64,000 nt of DNA. It comes from Candidatus Poseidoniaceae archaeon (lineage in GTDB: Archaea > Thermoplasmatota > Poseidoniia > Poseidoniales > Poseidoniaceae). The stretch spans positions 3,626 to 67,625 of the forward strand of contig CASIAI010000005.1 of assembly GCA_949372655.1 (NCBI GenBank), in the 5' to 3' direction. The translations under genes were made by a program, and so were the position numbers. Positions within the stretch are counted from its first letter, which is position 1; each line of letters starts with the position of its first letter. The notes under the pieces are model-generated. The model searched no databases and was not told the origin of the DNA. It worked only from the letters and a program-made list of their open reading frames with translations. This document shows, in pieces, positions 18,117 through 27,703 of the stretch.

Positions 18117-20716
18117 GCAAGATCATCCAACTGAGGCTCGAACTCTTTCTCGATGACTTGTTCCTCTCGGCTTCTTGCGGAAAGTTCCATTACAACCGGT
18201 AATAGTACCAATGCTAGAAGTAGAGAAAAGAATACTGTTATCGCAGTTATTAGGCCGAAGTCTTGAATCACAGGCATAGGTGAAAACATCAGGACTAAGA
18301 AACCTAGAGCAGTTGTAAGTGCACTCATTATCAATGCGACACCGGTTGTGGAAATAGAAGCCCTGAGAGCATCCCAATGATTGTTTCTACGAGATAGCTC
18401 TACTTCGAAACGACGCCACATGTGGATAGAATAATCAATACCGATTCCTAAGGTTAATGCTGTAACCATTACAGTTAGAACATTCCACTTCAAACCAATA
18501 ACTGCCATAGAGCCAACAACCCATAAAGATGCTACACATACTGGGAATAGAACCACTACTGCTGGTAAGATTCTTCGTGTTAGGGAAATTAAAACAATAA
18601 AGGAAACCACCAGAGATATTGCAGTTGATTTTATCTGAGAAATCGAAATACCCTCGAGTACTGATTGAAGCATTGCTAAGTCACCAGTGACATATAGTTC
18701 CGAATTAGATGCAAGATTATACCTCAAAGTCCCCGACTTTGATTCATCGCCCAGCATTGTTTCAAAGTCTTTCACTACCTGTGCAGATTGGACAGAAGTT
18801 GAAGCTTCTACCCTTACTTCATTTCGAAGATAGATAATATTGGAATCTTCCAAGTATACGCTATTCTCTACCCTCTGCGACCAAGTCTCGCCACTAATAG
18901 CATCGGCAATAGTATTGTTTTGCATCAATGATTGGAAAGCAAGACCTAAGTTGCAGCCTCGACTATAATTATCGACATAAACGCCTCCATCTGCAAAAAC
19001 TTCTAGATTATGCGTCTGCCCAAAATTACTATCTCGAAGAATCGCATCTCTCAATATTACATAAGGGCCCTCATATGAGGGTGAAGGAAGTTTACCGTCG
19101 GTACCGACTACATCGTGATTGGATTCTAAGTCAGCGTGTAAACCTCTTAATTCATTCAGTAAGTCAGAGTCCCCTTCAATGTACACTTTCTGGTCAACTG
19201 GTTCGAATAACACATAGATTACTTTCCAGCCAGCGCTATCATAATTATCCGCTAAATCTTCCCTAACACCCATGATTTCCATTTCAGGGTCAACAAAATC
19301 ACCAAGGTCAAAATCAGTATCGAGTGAGGCTGCTCCAAAAATGGAAAGTCCAGAAAGTAATATTACAACAAGGAAAATACTCACTTGTTGTTTCTGCTGA
19401 ATCTTTACTAAGTTATTGGTAAAGACTGGCAAAGTAATGGCTTTAGAAGTATTTTCTAAATTAGAAAAGTCAAGAACTACGTGAAGCGCTCCTACAACTA
19501 CTGTCGAAGTAATAAAGGCACAAATCACACCGAAAGCAAGGGCTAATCCAAAAGTAGTCAATGGAGGTAACGGGGATATTACATTGGCCAAGAATGCTGC
19601 CACTGTTGTGATTACTGCTAAAGATAGAGGAACTGATAGTTTAGCGCAAGCACGTAGCCATGACTCTGCTGGATCAGGATATTGTTCTCTTAGTGTTGCT
19701 TGTGCTCGTTGCAAGTGTATTGCATAATCAATTCCCAATCCAAGAACCAATGGAGCCACTGCGACTTCTAATGCAGTGAATTCTACATTGAATAGATTAA
19801 GTGTACCATATGTCCAAATCAAAGCACTTGACAATCCCACTAGAGGGAAAGCAACATCGCTGATGGAACGGAAAGTGAATATTAGTAACACAACAACTAC
19901 CAAAAGTGCTAGGACTACCAGGAGTGCTAAATTATCAAAAGTACCACTATCGATATCATGAGATAAGAGGTCAAGTGAAACAACACCGTAATCTAGTTCT
20001 GAATTCTTAGACAATTGTCCAAATTTATCTCTAATTTCAACTTGAACTTCTTTTCTATCTTCTTCACTCATGTCTGGGTCTATCTCTAAAACCCAGAGTG
20101 TTGAACTGGCCACTGGAGTACCATCCCCAGAACCATCTGCAAGGTAGTCACATGTTGGAGAGAAATCTAAATCGGTATTTAGCAAAGCAGATGATGCATA
20201 AGTGGCAGCCGAAAGGAATTGATCATCATTGGTCAAACGACACTCTACATCATCATCCACAATCGCGTCCAATAATTGATTCCATGATGATAGTTGAGAA
20301 ATATTGGTACCATTAGATTCTTCATCTAAAGCTAATTGAAGAATATTTGGAGTCGTCGTCCAAACAATTACTGAATCGTTTTGACTGAATGAAATCTGCT
20401 CGATTTCTTTGAGGTGCTCCTGCATTAGGAGAATATTATCAAAGGTTAGAACATTGCCCCCATCATTTCTTTCCACATCGATAAATAATGGTCTTGTTTC
20501 ATTTGGAAAGTATTCATGAATTCTATCATGAGCGTCTTTTGATTCCGAATCAGGAGAGAATGCGTCCAAGTCTGTGTTAAACTGAGGAGGTGAAGAATAC
20601 AAATTTGCTAGTAAAAGTACCGTAATTATGCCAGTAACCACTAAAATAGGTAGTGATGCTTTACGGAATTTATCTGCATGAGAAGCCATTACCTCCTCCA
20701 ATTTCGCAGTGTCCAT
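18113..20716 (-). CDS. MMPL/RND-family transporter
   Basis: Two membrane modules with LGLGIDYAIH and LGIGIDYSIH motifs separated by large extracellular loops. Confidence 0.92.
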   Translation of the reverse strand: MDTAKLEEVMASHADKFRKASLPILVVTGIITVLLLANLYSSPPQFNTDLDAFSPDSESKDAHDRIHEYFPNETRPLFIDVERNDGGNVLTFDNILLMQEHLKEIEQISFSQNDSVIVWTTTPNILQLALDEESNGTNISQLSSWNQLLDAIVDDDVECRLTNDDQFLSAATYASSALLNTDLDFSPTCDYLADGSGDGTPVASSTLWVLEIDPDMSEEDRKEVQVEIRDKFGQLSKNSELDYGVVSLDLLSHDIDSGTFDNLALLVVLALLVVVVLLIFTFRSISDVAFPLVGLSSALIWTYGTLNLFNVEFTALEVAVAPLVLGLGIDYAIHLQRAQATLREQYPDPAESWLRACAKLSVPLSLAVITTVAAFLANVISPLPPLTTFGLALAFGVICAFITSTVVVGALHVVLDFSNLENTSKAITLPVFTNNLVKIQQKQQVSIFLVVILLSGLSIFGAASLDTDFDLGDFVDPEMEIMGVREDLADNYDSAGWKVIYVLFEPVDQKVYIEGDSDLLNELRGLHADLESNHDVVGTDGKLPSPSYEGPYVILRDAILRDSNFGQTHNLEVFADGGVYVDNYSRGCNLGLAFQSLMQNNTIADAISGETWSQRVENSVYLEDSNIIYLRNEVRVEASTSVQSAQVVKDFETMLGDESKSGTLRYNLASNSELYVTGDLAMLQSVLEGISISQIKSTAISLVVSFIVLISLTRRILPAVVVLFPVCVASLWVVGSMAVIGLKWNVLTVMVTALTLGIGIDYSIHMWRRFEVELSRRNNHWDALRASISTTGVALIMSALTTALGFLVLMFSPMPVIQDFGLITAITVFFSLLLALVLLPVVMELSARSREEQVIEKEFEPQLDDLA

Positions 20717-20847
20717 AGAAAGGCGACACTGATTCAGTAAAAAAGCAAACGGGTTAATCGTATCGTAAATTGTTGTATTTACATTTTTGTCACTCTCGTT
20801 CAAAGGATAACTTCAAAACAAGTAGGCGGCACGACAGACCGTTCGCT

Positions 20848-21105
20848 ATGCCAGTAAAGGTACTTATTATGGAAAAAAATGAACTGAGATTGAGAATCGT
20901 TGGTGAAAGCCATACTGCTCTTCAAATGCTTCGACAACGCTTGAATGGTCACAAAAATGTTGACTATGCTAACTATTTCCCAGGACATCCTGAATTGGAT
21001 GACCCAGAATTTTACATTCGTGTCAAGGGCAAGAGTTCTTCTGAGAAGTTGGTTAAAGAAATCGTCGATGGAATCTCAAAAGATTTCTCCGCAACAAGCC
21101 TCTGA
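20848..21105 (+). CDS. rpoL: DNA-directed RNA polymerase subunit L (Rpo11)
   Basis: IVGESHTALQMLRQRL...VDYANYFPGHPELDDPEFYIRV. Confidence 0.9.
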   Translation: MPVKVLIMEKNELRLRIVGESHTALQMLRQRLNGHKNVDYANYFPGHPELDDPEFYIRVKGKSSSEKLVKEIVDGISKDFSATSL

Positions 21106-21118
21106 AGGGGCTGAAGCG

Positions 21119-22522
21119 ATGTCTTTTTCTGACCCGTTATCTAAGTTGATAGGTTTAGAGGGTTATGCCACTGAAACAAATGGTATCGGCGGAATGCTAA
21201 AATCAAGAATTGCTGATTTTAGAGTTGAAGAGATCTCAACTCCACTACACTTAGAACCAAAAGGAAGATTCACTGTTGCTAAAATAACATTGACAAATTG
21301 GGAGACAAATAGATTTTGTAATAATTTGGCTAGAACTTTAAAAATCCCAAGAAATAGAATCTTTTTTGCCGGAACTAAAGATAAGAGAGCAGTCACTCAA
21401 CAACTATTTGTTATCGATGCCAATCAAAACAAAGTTGCTGAGGTAGAAATGCCCGATGTAGAAATCGAGATACTTGGAAGAACTCATCAAAAAATTGGAT
21501 TTGGAAATCATCGTGGAAATAGATTCACAATTGTCGCAAGAGGTTGCTGCCATAAGGATGGAACACCTATGAGTGAAGAGGAAGCCTTGCAGGAAGTGGA
21601 ATTAATCAATAATAAACTAAGTGAATCTCTTGGAAATAATTTATTCCCTAACTGGATAGGACCGCAAAGATTTGGCTCTGGACGACCAGTGACTGCAGAA
21701 GTAGGTAGGCATATAATCGCTAATAGATGGAAAGAGGCGGCAATGGCTTACATCTCGATGGAAGGAATTACGGAAAAAGAAGATGTTGAAGAGTTCAGAA
21801 AATTCGTCAGAGATAATGGTCCAATAGAGGAGGCTTTAGAAATAATACCACAGTGGTTAGGTTTCGAAAAGAGAATGTTAGAACAACTGATCAAAAAACC
21901 CGAAGATTGGGTTGGAGCGGTTCTAAAACTTCCAAATAACCTACAGTTGATGACCATTCACGCCTTACAATCTGTTGTTTTCAATAAATCCTTGAACTCA
22001 AGAATAAATGCTAAATTACCAATTTCTACACCGGTCATAGGAGACTTAGTAGGGCGAGTAGATGAGAAAGGACAGTTGGATGCAACTAGTTGTATTCTTG
22101 TTGAAGAACGAACCTTACCAAGAGTTGAGAGAAATTGTATTCTTGGCCGACTAACACCCACAGGACCTCTACCTGGTAGTGAGATTTCTACCTGTGGTGG
22201 TGAAAGTGGGGATATCGAGAAACAAACTATCAGAGATATGGACTTAGAAGATGCAAATTGGTATGTTGAAAGAATACCAAGACTTTCGACCAAAGGCACG
22301 AGAAGAGCATTGGTTACATCTTTTGGAGAGTTCCATGTGGATACTGTACCAATCGTGACCGATGATGAAACATTGGGCACTAAATGGAAGCAAGGACCTG
22401 GGGAAAATAGTAGATGGCACCCCGAAGGTGCTTGTATTAGATTTAGATTCACGCTTTCCTCTGGAAGTTACGCTACAACTTTACTAAGAGAATTTATGCA
22501 ATGTCCACTTAGACAATTGTGA
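21119..22522 (+). CDS. truD: tRNA pseudouridine(13) synthase TruD
   Basis: DFRVEE, FAGTKDKRAVTQQ, GNRFTI, FPNWIGPQRFG, LSSGSYATTLLREF. Confidence 0.95.
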   Translation: MSFSDPLSKLIGLEGYATETNGIGGMLKSRIADFRVEEISTPLHLEPKGRFTVAKITLTNWETNRFCNNLARTLKIPRNRIFFAGTKDKRAVTQQLFVIDANQNKVAEVEMPDVEIEILGRTHQKIGFGNHRGNRFTIVARGCCHKDGTPMSEEEALQEVELINNKLSESLGNNLFPNWIGPQRFGSGRPVTAEVGRHIIANRWKEAAMAYISMEGITEKEDVEEFRKFVRDNGPIEEALEIIPQWLGFEKRMLEQLIKKPEDWVGAVLKLPNNLQLMTIHALQSVVFNKSLNSRINAKLPISTPVIGDLVGRVDEKGQLDATSCILVEERTLPRVERNCILGRLTPTGPLPGSEISTCGGESGDIEKQTIRDMDLEDANWYVERIPRLSTKGTRRALVTSFGEFHVDTVPIVTDDETLGTKWKQGPGENSRWHPEGACIRFRFTLSSGSYATTLLREFMQCPLRQL

Positions 22523-22527
22523 TTGAT

Positions 22528-22803
22528 TCAAAGAAGTCCCATAGATAGAACTTCAATCTCGCCAACACCGTGAATTAAAGACATCTTTCCTTCAAAGTCA
22601 TCGGATAATCCGCCTACTCTGTCAGACATTACTACGTGAACTTGAACGAACTTTAGACCGAAAGCAAGAGGCTTAACATCCACTGCTTGAACATCATAAA
22701 CATCACTGGCCAGTGACCTTACTGCTACTGCTATTGCGTCAGCATCCACATTCTCAACTTCGGAGTTAGGATTCAACTTATAGGTCATTGCTACCATACC
22801 CAT
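22528..22803 (-). CDS. ef1b: Translation elongation factor 1-beta
   Basis: KPLAFGLKFVQV signature; 91 aa. Confidence 0.92.
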   Translation of the reverse strand: MGMVAMTYKLNPNSEVENVDADAIAVAVRSLASDVYDVQAVDVKPLAFGLKFVQVHVVMSDRVGGLSDDFEGKMSLIHGVGEIEVLSMGLL

Positions 22804-22812
22804 AGTATCACC

Positions 22813-22983
22813 TCAGGGCCCCTGGTATCCACATTTGGAACAGACGTACAATACGCCTTGGTTTCTACATCTTGGACTACGTCCAATGGAGACTTCGTTG
22901 CATCCAGGACAAGGGAAAGTTGTTGAGCCGCCTTCGACCAATGGAACGCCAGATGATGTACAATTTGCTGCTCTTTCACTCAT
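22813..22983 (-). CDS. Small Zn-finger protein, DUF1610/HVO_2753-like (56 aa)
   Basis: Missed by the ORF track: MSERAANCTSSGVPLVEGGSTTFPCPGCNEVSIGRSPRCRNQGVLYVCSKCGYQGP*. Immediately upstream of EF-1beta, the usual archaeal position. Confidence 0.9.
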   Translation of the reverse strand: MSERAANCTSSGVPLVEGGSTTFPCPGCNEVSIGRSPRCRNQGVLYVCSKCGYQGP

Positions 22984-23077
22984 GAATATGCCTCAGGAAC
23001 AAAGTCTCCCATACCCTACCCTTCTTTATGGTTGCGTGAGAATCTGAATATTACAAATACTCTTTTTAGTTAGAAAA

Positions 23078-23425
23078 TTAACGGTCAATCACCGTAATTT
23101 GGCCAGAAAGACCAGTACTTACCACTAGTTCGCCATCTCTAAGTGTACACCAACCGGACTGAACTCTAACAACATCGCCGATTCTTATTCTATCGATCTG
23201 TTCGCCCCATAAAACAAGACCAACAAGTCCTGTTTCATCCCTACCACAAGCAGCAGCTAATGGGCCATTATATTTCTTAGAATGAATAATCCTGCGCGGA
23301 TAAATCCTGAGAATTACTAATTCAAGCCTTTTTACGACCCTATCCGCTTTTAGTTCACGAACGAATTGTCTTTCATATTGCTTTATTCTTCTACCTAATC
23401 TTCTAATGTACGGTTTTCTTGCCAT
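23078..23425 (-). CDS. Single OB-fold nucleic-acid-binding protein (SSB/RPA-like)
   Basis: DETGLVGLVLWGEQIDRIRIGDVVRV..GW signature. Confidence 0.8.
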   Translation of the reverse strand: MARKPYIRRLGRRIKQYERQFVRELKADRVVKRLELVILRIYPRRIIHSKKYNGPLAAACGRDETGLVGLVLWGEQIDRIRIGDVVRVQSGWCTLRDGELVVSTGLSGQITVIDR

Positions 23426-23464
23426 AAATCAAGATTGAAATTCAATGTTAATCAAACATAGGCC

Positions 23465-24208
23465 TTAATCAGCCTTTTTTCTTCTTACCTGAAACGATGA
23501 ATATACCTCTTTAGGACCATCATCAATTTCATTACCACTCAACTTGGGTTCTAGTAATTCTTCGTACTTTTTTCTGATATTGATATGCTTAGTAACAGTC
23601 CATGGCATAAAATTTCTACATATCAGATAAACTTCTGAGGATGAGTTTCTTGAAGCATCTGGAGAAAAGCGTTTAACTTCTGAGAAATGCGGCTTTACAG
23701 CCTTAATTAATTCTTCAACACCAACACCTTGGAACAATTTGGATGTAAAAGAACCTCCTTTACATAATAATTTCATTGAAAAGTCAAAGACATCAGCAAC
23801 TAAAGTCATAGCCACGGTTTGATCAACATCCCACTTGCCAGTTATATCGGGAGATATATCTGAAATAATAGTATTTATCGGTCGATGATTTAATTCCTCA
23901 AGAATCCTTTCTTGGGTCAAGTCTTCTGTTATATCACCGACCAGAATTGTTGCACCTTCAACTGGTTGACAAGGCTCCAAATCAACACCGAGTACTAATC
24001 CTCCATCGCCAATTAACTCAACTGCGACTTGAGCCCATCCACCTGGATGGGAACCAACATCAAGGACTACATCGCCTTCACGAATTAACTTGAATCTCTC
24101 CTGAATCTGAATCAATTTGAAAGCCGAGCGTGCACGATAGCCACTAGCTTTAGCTTGGCGCCGCCATGAATCTCGTTTATGATTCTCAATCCAATGGTCT
24201 GCCATCAA
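23465..24208 (-). CDS. rlmE: 23S rRNA 2'-O-methyltransferase RlmE (FtsJ)
   Basis: YRARSAFKL, LDVGSHPGGW, GVDL, ISDISP, SKLFQG, ASRNSSSEVY. Confidence 0.93.
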   Translation of the reverse strand: MMADHWIENHKRDSWRRQAKASGYRARSAFKLIQIQERFKLIREGDVVLDVGSHPGGWAQVAVELIGDGGLVLGVDLEPCQPVEGATILVGDITEDLTQERILEELNHRPINTIISDISPDITGKWDVDQTVAMTLVADVFDFSMKLLCKGGSFTSKLFQGVGVEELIKAVKPHFSEVKRFSPDASRNSSSEVYLICRNFMPWTVTKHINIRKKYEELLEPKLSGNEIDDGPKEVYSSFQVRRKKAD

Positions 24209-24306
24209 CTCTCACTCAAACCATACTAGAAGTTCATGCAATTGAAACCTCTTGTCATAATACACCGATACATAGGGATGAATAGGGTCCACCGCTTGGG
24301 CCAATC

Positions 24307-25278
24307 ATGGCAAAGGACTTCTTGACTCAGAGGGCTTTGTCTTTCTCTCATTACCTGATTACAATTCTTGTTTTCGTCATACTTTCGATACCTTCATCCA
24401 GTGCAATGGTAATCGATGCATCCAAGAACTGGGATGGCCCTTATGAAGCAATAGGAGGTAGAACACTATTGGTTGAAGAATTAAGTGCCACATGGTGTCA
24501 AAGTTGTTCTGAAATTGACCCATATTTGATGGAGGTTGCTGATTCCCATGGTTCACGGATCTCGATAATCACCTATCACCCATCTGACGATGTTGATGCC
24601 TTTCAACCTGAGGCTTCACAATATAGGATTGATAGATTAAAAATCACTCATCCTGAAATTGGTTCTACACCAAGTTTCGTAGTAGATGGCGGGGAAATCA
24701 GAGTTGGTCCTGAATCATGGCCGGATGTTCAGAAAGATATTCTGACCAAGGAGGTGAATAATCCAAGACCTAGTAAGTTGAAGTTCAATATCCAGAAAGT
24801 GAACGATACTATTGAAGCATCAGTGAGTAATTTCCAAAATCAAGGAAACGGCAATAATATTTCACAATTAACATTTATTCTAGCACAACATTCGGTGACT
24901 GTCCCCGAAGGTTTTGATAATCCAGGCCAAGAAACCCGGGATAGGGTGGTGACTGGTATTGCTGAATGTAACCTACAGAATAATACCATACAATATTCCA
25001 ATGGATTTGAAGATGTAAAAGTCTTGGATAACTCTTGTAAATCTGGATTCAGTGTGACATTGGATAAAAATTTATCAGAGTTTAGTTTACTACTGATTCA
25101 TGAACGGGTAATGGAAAATTTATCTGTGCAAGATACTTCTCAAAATACTTATGGAGTTATAGAATTCTCATACCGTGATGTCGAGGTTGAAGGTTCATGG
25201 AATAATTTGATAGTGATACTTGTTGGATTCACAATAATTGGTTTTTTGTGGCTTTCTTACGAAAAAATCAATAAATAA
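24307..25278 (+). CDS. Secreted thioredoxin-fold protein (Omp28-like) with C-terminal TM
   Basis: N-terminal signal/TM, LVEELSATWCQSC (CxxC), STPSFVVDG (cis-Pro loop), C-terminal TM. Confidence 0.75.
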   Translation: MAKDFLTQRALSFSHYLITILVFVILSIPSSSAMVIDASKNWDGPYEAIGGRTLLVEELSATWCQSCSEIDPYLMEVADSHGSRISIITYHPSDDVDAFQPEASQYRIDRLKITHPEIGSTPSFVVDGGEIRVGPESWPDVQKDILTKEVNNPRPSKLKFNIQKVNDTIEASVSNFQNQGNGNNISQLTFILAQHSVTVPEGFDNPGQETRDRVVTGIAECNLQNNTIQYSNGFEDVKVLDNSCKSGFSVTLDKNLSEFSLLLIHERVMENLSVQDTSQNTYGVIEFSYRDVEVEGSWNNLIVILVGFTIIGFLWLSYEKINK

Positions 25279-25376
25279 GTAGTAAATATCTGTTTTGCGT
25301 ACTTTGAATGCCGCTTTCCGGCAGTAAATGCGCATAAGACCGTAGGTTTGATAACCTCTCGCGAGAATATTATATC

Positions 25377-25646
25377 ATGGAGAAGACATGGGAGGATGTT
25401 GAGTGGCAGGGAGACGAACCATTGAAGGAATGGTATGTAGAATATATTGCAATAGTGAATGATGAAAAAAATCACCATATGTCTATCCTTTATGGAGAAG
25501 ATTATTCTGATGTCCAAAGGAGCTTACTACACGAAGTGAGAAGGATATATACAGTAAATGATAGAATCGATGTCACTATTATCAAAATTCATGAAACTGA
25601 TCAAAGTACTGATGCTGCCTTGTTCGAAGGAATGTTTGTACCTTGA
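25377..25646 (+). CDS. Hypothetical protein (89 aa)
   Basis: Acidic, protein-like ORF filling an intergenic gap. Confidence 0.7.
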   Translation: MEKTWEDVEWQGDEPLKEWYVEYIAIVNDEKNHHMSILYGEDYSDVQRSLLHEVRRIYTVNDRIDVTIIKIHETDQSTDAALFEGMFVP

Positions 25647-26264
25647 TTACTTCTCTTGATACCTTATTTCGATAATATCGCTGGTATTGATTAGTAAATA
25701 ATCATCATATTCATTGATCACTTGACCACCAACAGTCATTATCAACTCATGAGTTGAGTTAACTCGGTAGTCAAATATCCCTGTCTCATCGAAATGATGA
25801 CCCCAAATATCGAAGAATACGCCAATTGGAATATCAATGTCTTCATTAGATTCAATATGTAAGCGCCCTGAACTATCATGAGTATGGACTGCATGCATTT
25901 CTTCACCTTCCTTATTACAAATATCTGTCATTATGCCTACATTACCAGGAACAGATTCTTGTTCACCATTGATGAAAATTTGGAGCGTTGCATGGTCATG
26001 CCTGGCAAGACCATTGTGATCTAAACAATCTTGTGAGATTGGGTCAGGATTATTTGATGAATCAAACTTATCATCCGAAGAATTAGATACATTACCCTCA
26101 GAATCATTTTCTATATTTTCATCTGAATCATCATTCGATGAAAAGATTGATTCAAATGATACGTCATTATCTCTAGCAATTATGGCCAGTAACAAAGATA
26201 GTGAAATTAGAGTCACAATAGCCCATGCTTTACTTTGATTATTCAAAAAAAAGCACCTCATCAT
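25647..26264 (-). CDS. Membrane-anchored His-rich (HDH / HTHD) beta-grasp-like protein
   Basis: N-terminal TM, D/N/S linker, HDHATLQIFING, MHAVHTHDSSGRLHIE, FFDIWG; ATGA overlap with the VKOR stop. Confidence 0.75.
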   Translation of the reverse strand: MMRCFFLNNQSKAWAIVTLISLSLLLAIIARDNDVSFESIFSSNDDSDENIENDSEGNVSNSSDDKFDSSNNPDPISQDCLDHNGLARHDHATLQIFINGEQESVPGNVGIMTDICNKEGEEMHAVHTHDSSGRLHIESNEDIDIPIGVFFDIWGHHFDETGIFDYRVNSTHELIMTVGGQVINEYDDYLLINTSDIIEIRYQEK

Positions 26265-26860
26265 TTATTCCATTCAGAACTATCTTCATGCAGTTTTCTC
26301 AACCTAAAGAATCCAACTAATGCTGCTACATTGGCAATATGAGCAGTAGTACAGTAAAGACAAATCTTCTCTTCTTGAATCTCATAGGAGACTAATAGAC
26401 CGACGACTAAAATACCAATACCGGTTGTTAAAACCCCCATACTTATCATTCTCTCAGCCAGTGGGTGATTGTGGTCTTGTTTTAAGACAAACACAATGAA
26501 TAGTAATAATGCAAATACAGCCATACCAATTAGACCCCATGAAAGACCTAAAACAGGGTCGACATTCAATTTGTTATTACCAAGTAAATCATCACAAGAA
26601 AATGTAGATGTTGAAGAACAGAAACTACCGCCTTCACTAATCTTGGAAGATATCCATAAGGTCTGTGTCGAAACTGCAAAGCCTGCAAGTGAAATCAATT
26701 GAATACCTGAAAGTAATTGTCCTCTCGCTGTCTCAAGTGAAGGGAACCTTTCAGCCAAAGAAGATTTTAAGTTACCACCAAAAGGAGATACGATAAATAA
26801 ACCAACAAGGGTGGGCAAAAGATATACTGCTAGCAGAAGGTTCGAAGACAAATCAAGCAC
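26261..26860 (-). CDS. Vitamin K epoxide reductase (VKOR)-family protein
   Basis: Loop cysteine pair FCSSTSTFSCDDLL and active-site CLYC; multiple TM helices. Confidence 0.9.
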   Translation of the reverse strand: MLDLSSNLLLAVYLLPTLVGLFIVSPFGGNLKSSLAERFPSLETARGQLLSGIQLISLAGFAVSTQTLWISSKISEGGSFCSSTSTFSCDDLLGNNKLNVDPVLGLSWGLIGMAVFALLLFIVFVLKQDHNHPLAERMISMGVLTTGIGILVVGLLVSYEIQEEKICLYCTTAHIANVAALVGFFRLRKLHEDSSEWNK

Positions 26861-27698
26861 TCTCCCTTGGGACTAGTCGAACGATTGCATCGCTTACTTT
26901 TTCGTCTGTATGCTCAGAAGAAGACCAAGCAATAATTCCATCAGGTTGAATCAAGAAATAATTTGGAGTACCAGGTATACCCCATTCTTCCATGTTATCT
27001 TGGTCGATATCATCGATATAAGGGAAACTATGGCTATAATCTGAGCGGAACTTTTCGATCTCAGCTCTATCAGAATCATGGCCTTGAATACTGAGTTCTG
27101 TCGCACTTGCTAAAAAGTTCACATGAGCCCCATTCCATTCGGGGTTATTGACACTAAATGTATTTGCAAATTGACCATACTCTTCGGCAGATGTTTGACA
27201 GTAAGGACAGTCGGTATCCATGAATTCAATGACAACCCATTGACCACTAACATCGCCTTCTTGCCATGAAGTATTGAAATAACTACCAAAATCAAATTCT
27301 GACCATCCTGAACCATTGTAGAACTTTCCTTCAATATCGGGTGCTCTTTGACCTTCACTGGTTCCTACTGAGATAGGATTGGCTGTAAAAGCAATAATCA
27401 TTATTCCAATAAAGAATAACGACATGACCTTTATCAAAGCACTTCCAACTGGACTTTTATTACTTTTAGTGACATTCTGTGAGTTGCCATACGGTGAATT
27501 TTTATTCCGTGATGAACGATTTTGCTTAGATGTGGCTTTACTTTCTTTTTTGCTACTACTTTTTATATCTGACTTTTTACCTTTCGAAGCCGATTTGCCT
27601 CTTTCATAGGCATCAATAATTGCCTCAGGGTCATTTACAGTATTAGTTTCGATATTGTCACCTTGGTGGATTGAATCCTTATATTCCTTTTTGCCCAT
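26853..27698 (-). CDS. Membrane-anchored TlpA/redoxin-family thiol-disulfide oxidoreductase
   Basis: Basic disordered N-terminus, one TM, APDIEG, VVIEFMDTDCPYC, WGIPGTPNYFLIQPDG. Confidence 0.85.
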   Translation of the reverse strand: MGKKEYKDSIHQGDNIETNTVNDPEAIIDAYERGKSASKGKKSDIKSSSKKESKATSKQNRSSRNKNSPYGNSQNVTKSNKSPVGSALIKVMSLFFIGIMIIAFTANPISVGTSEGQRAPDIEGKFYNGSGWSEFDFGSYFNTSWQEGDVSGQWVVIEFMDTDCPYCQTSAEEYGQFANTFSVNNPEWNGAHVNFLASATELSIQGHDSDRAEIEKFRSDYSHSFPYIDDIDQDNMEEWGIPGTPNYFLIQPDGIIAWSSSEHTDEKVSDAIVRLVPRESA

Positions 27699-27703
27699 TA
27701 AAA

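Noticed and set aside
20945-21118. N-terminal extension of TruD in the ORF track
   Set aside because: Overlaps rpoL in another frame; ATG 21119 gives a normal TruD N-terminus. Similar over-long starts were trimmed for aCPSF1, psmB, rpiA and the first MMPL.
22791-23047. ORF-track calls 22791-22979 (-) and 22835-23047 (+)
   Set aside because: Wrong frames; the real gene is the DUF1610-like Zn finger at 22813-22983.
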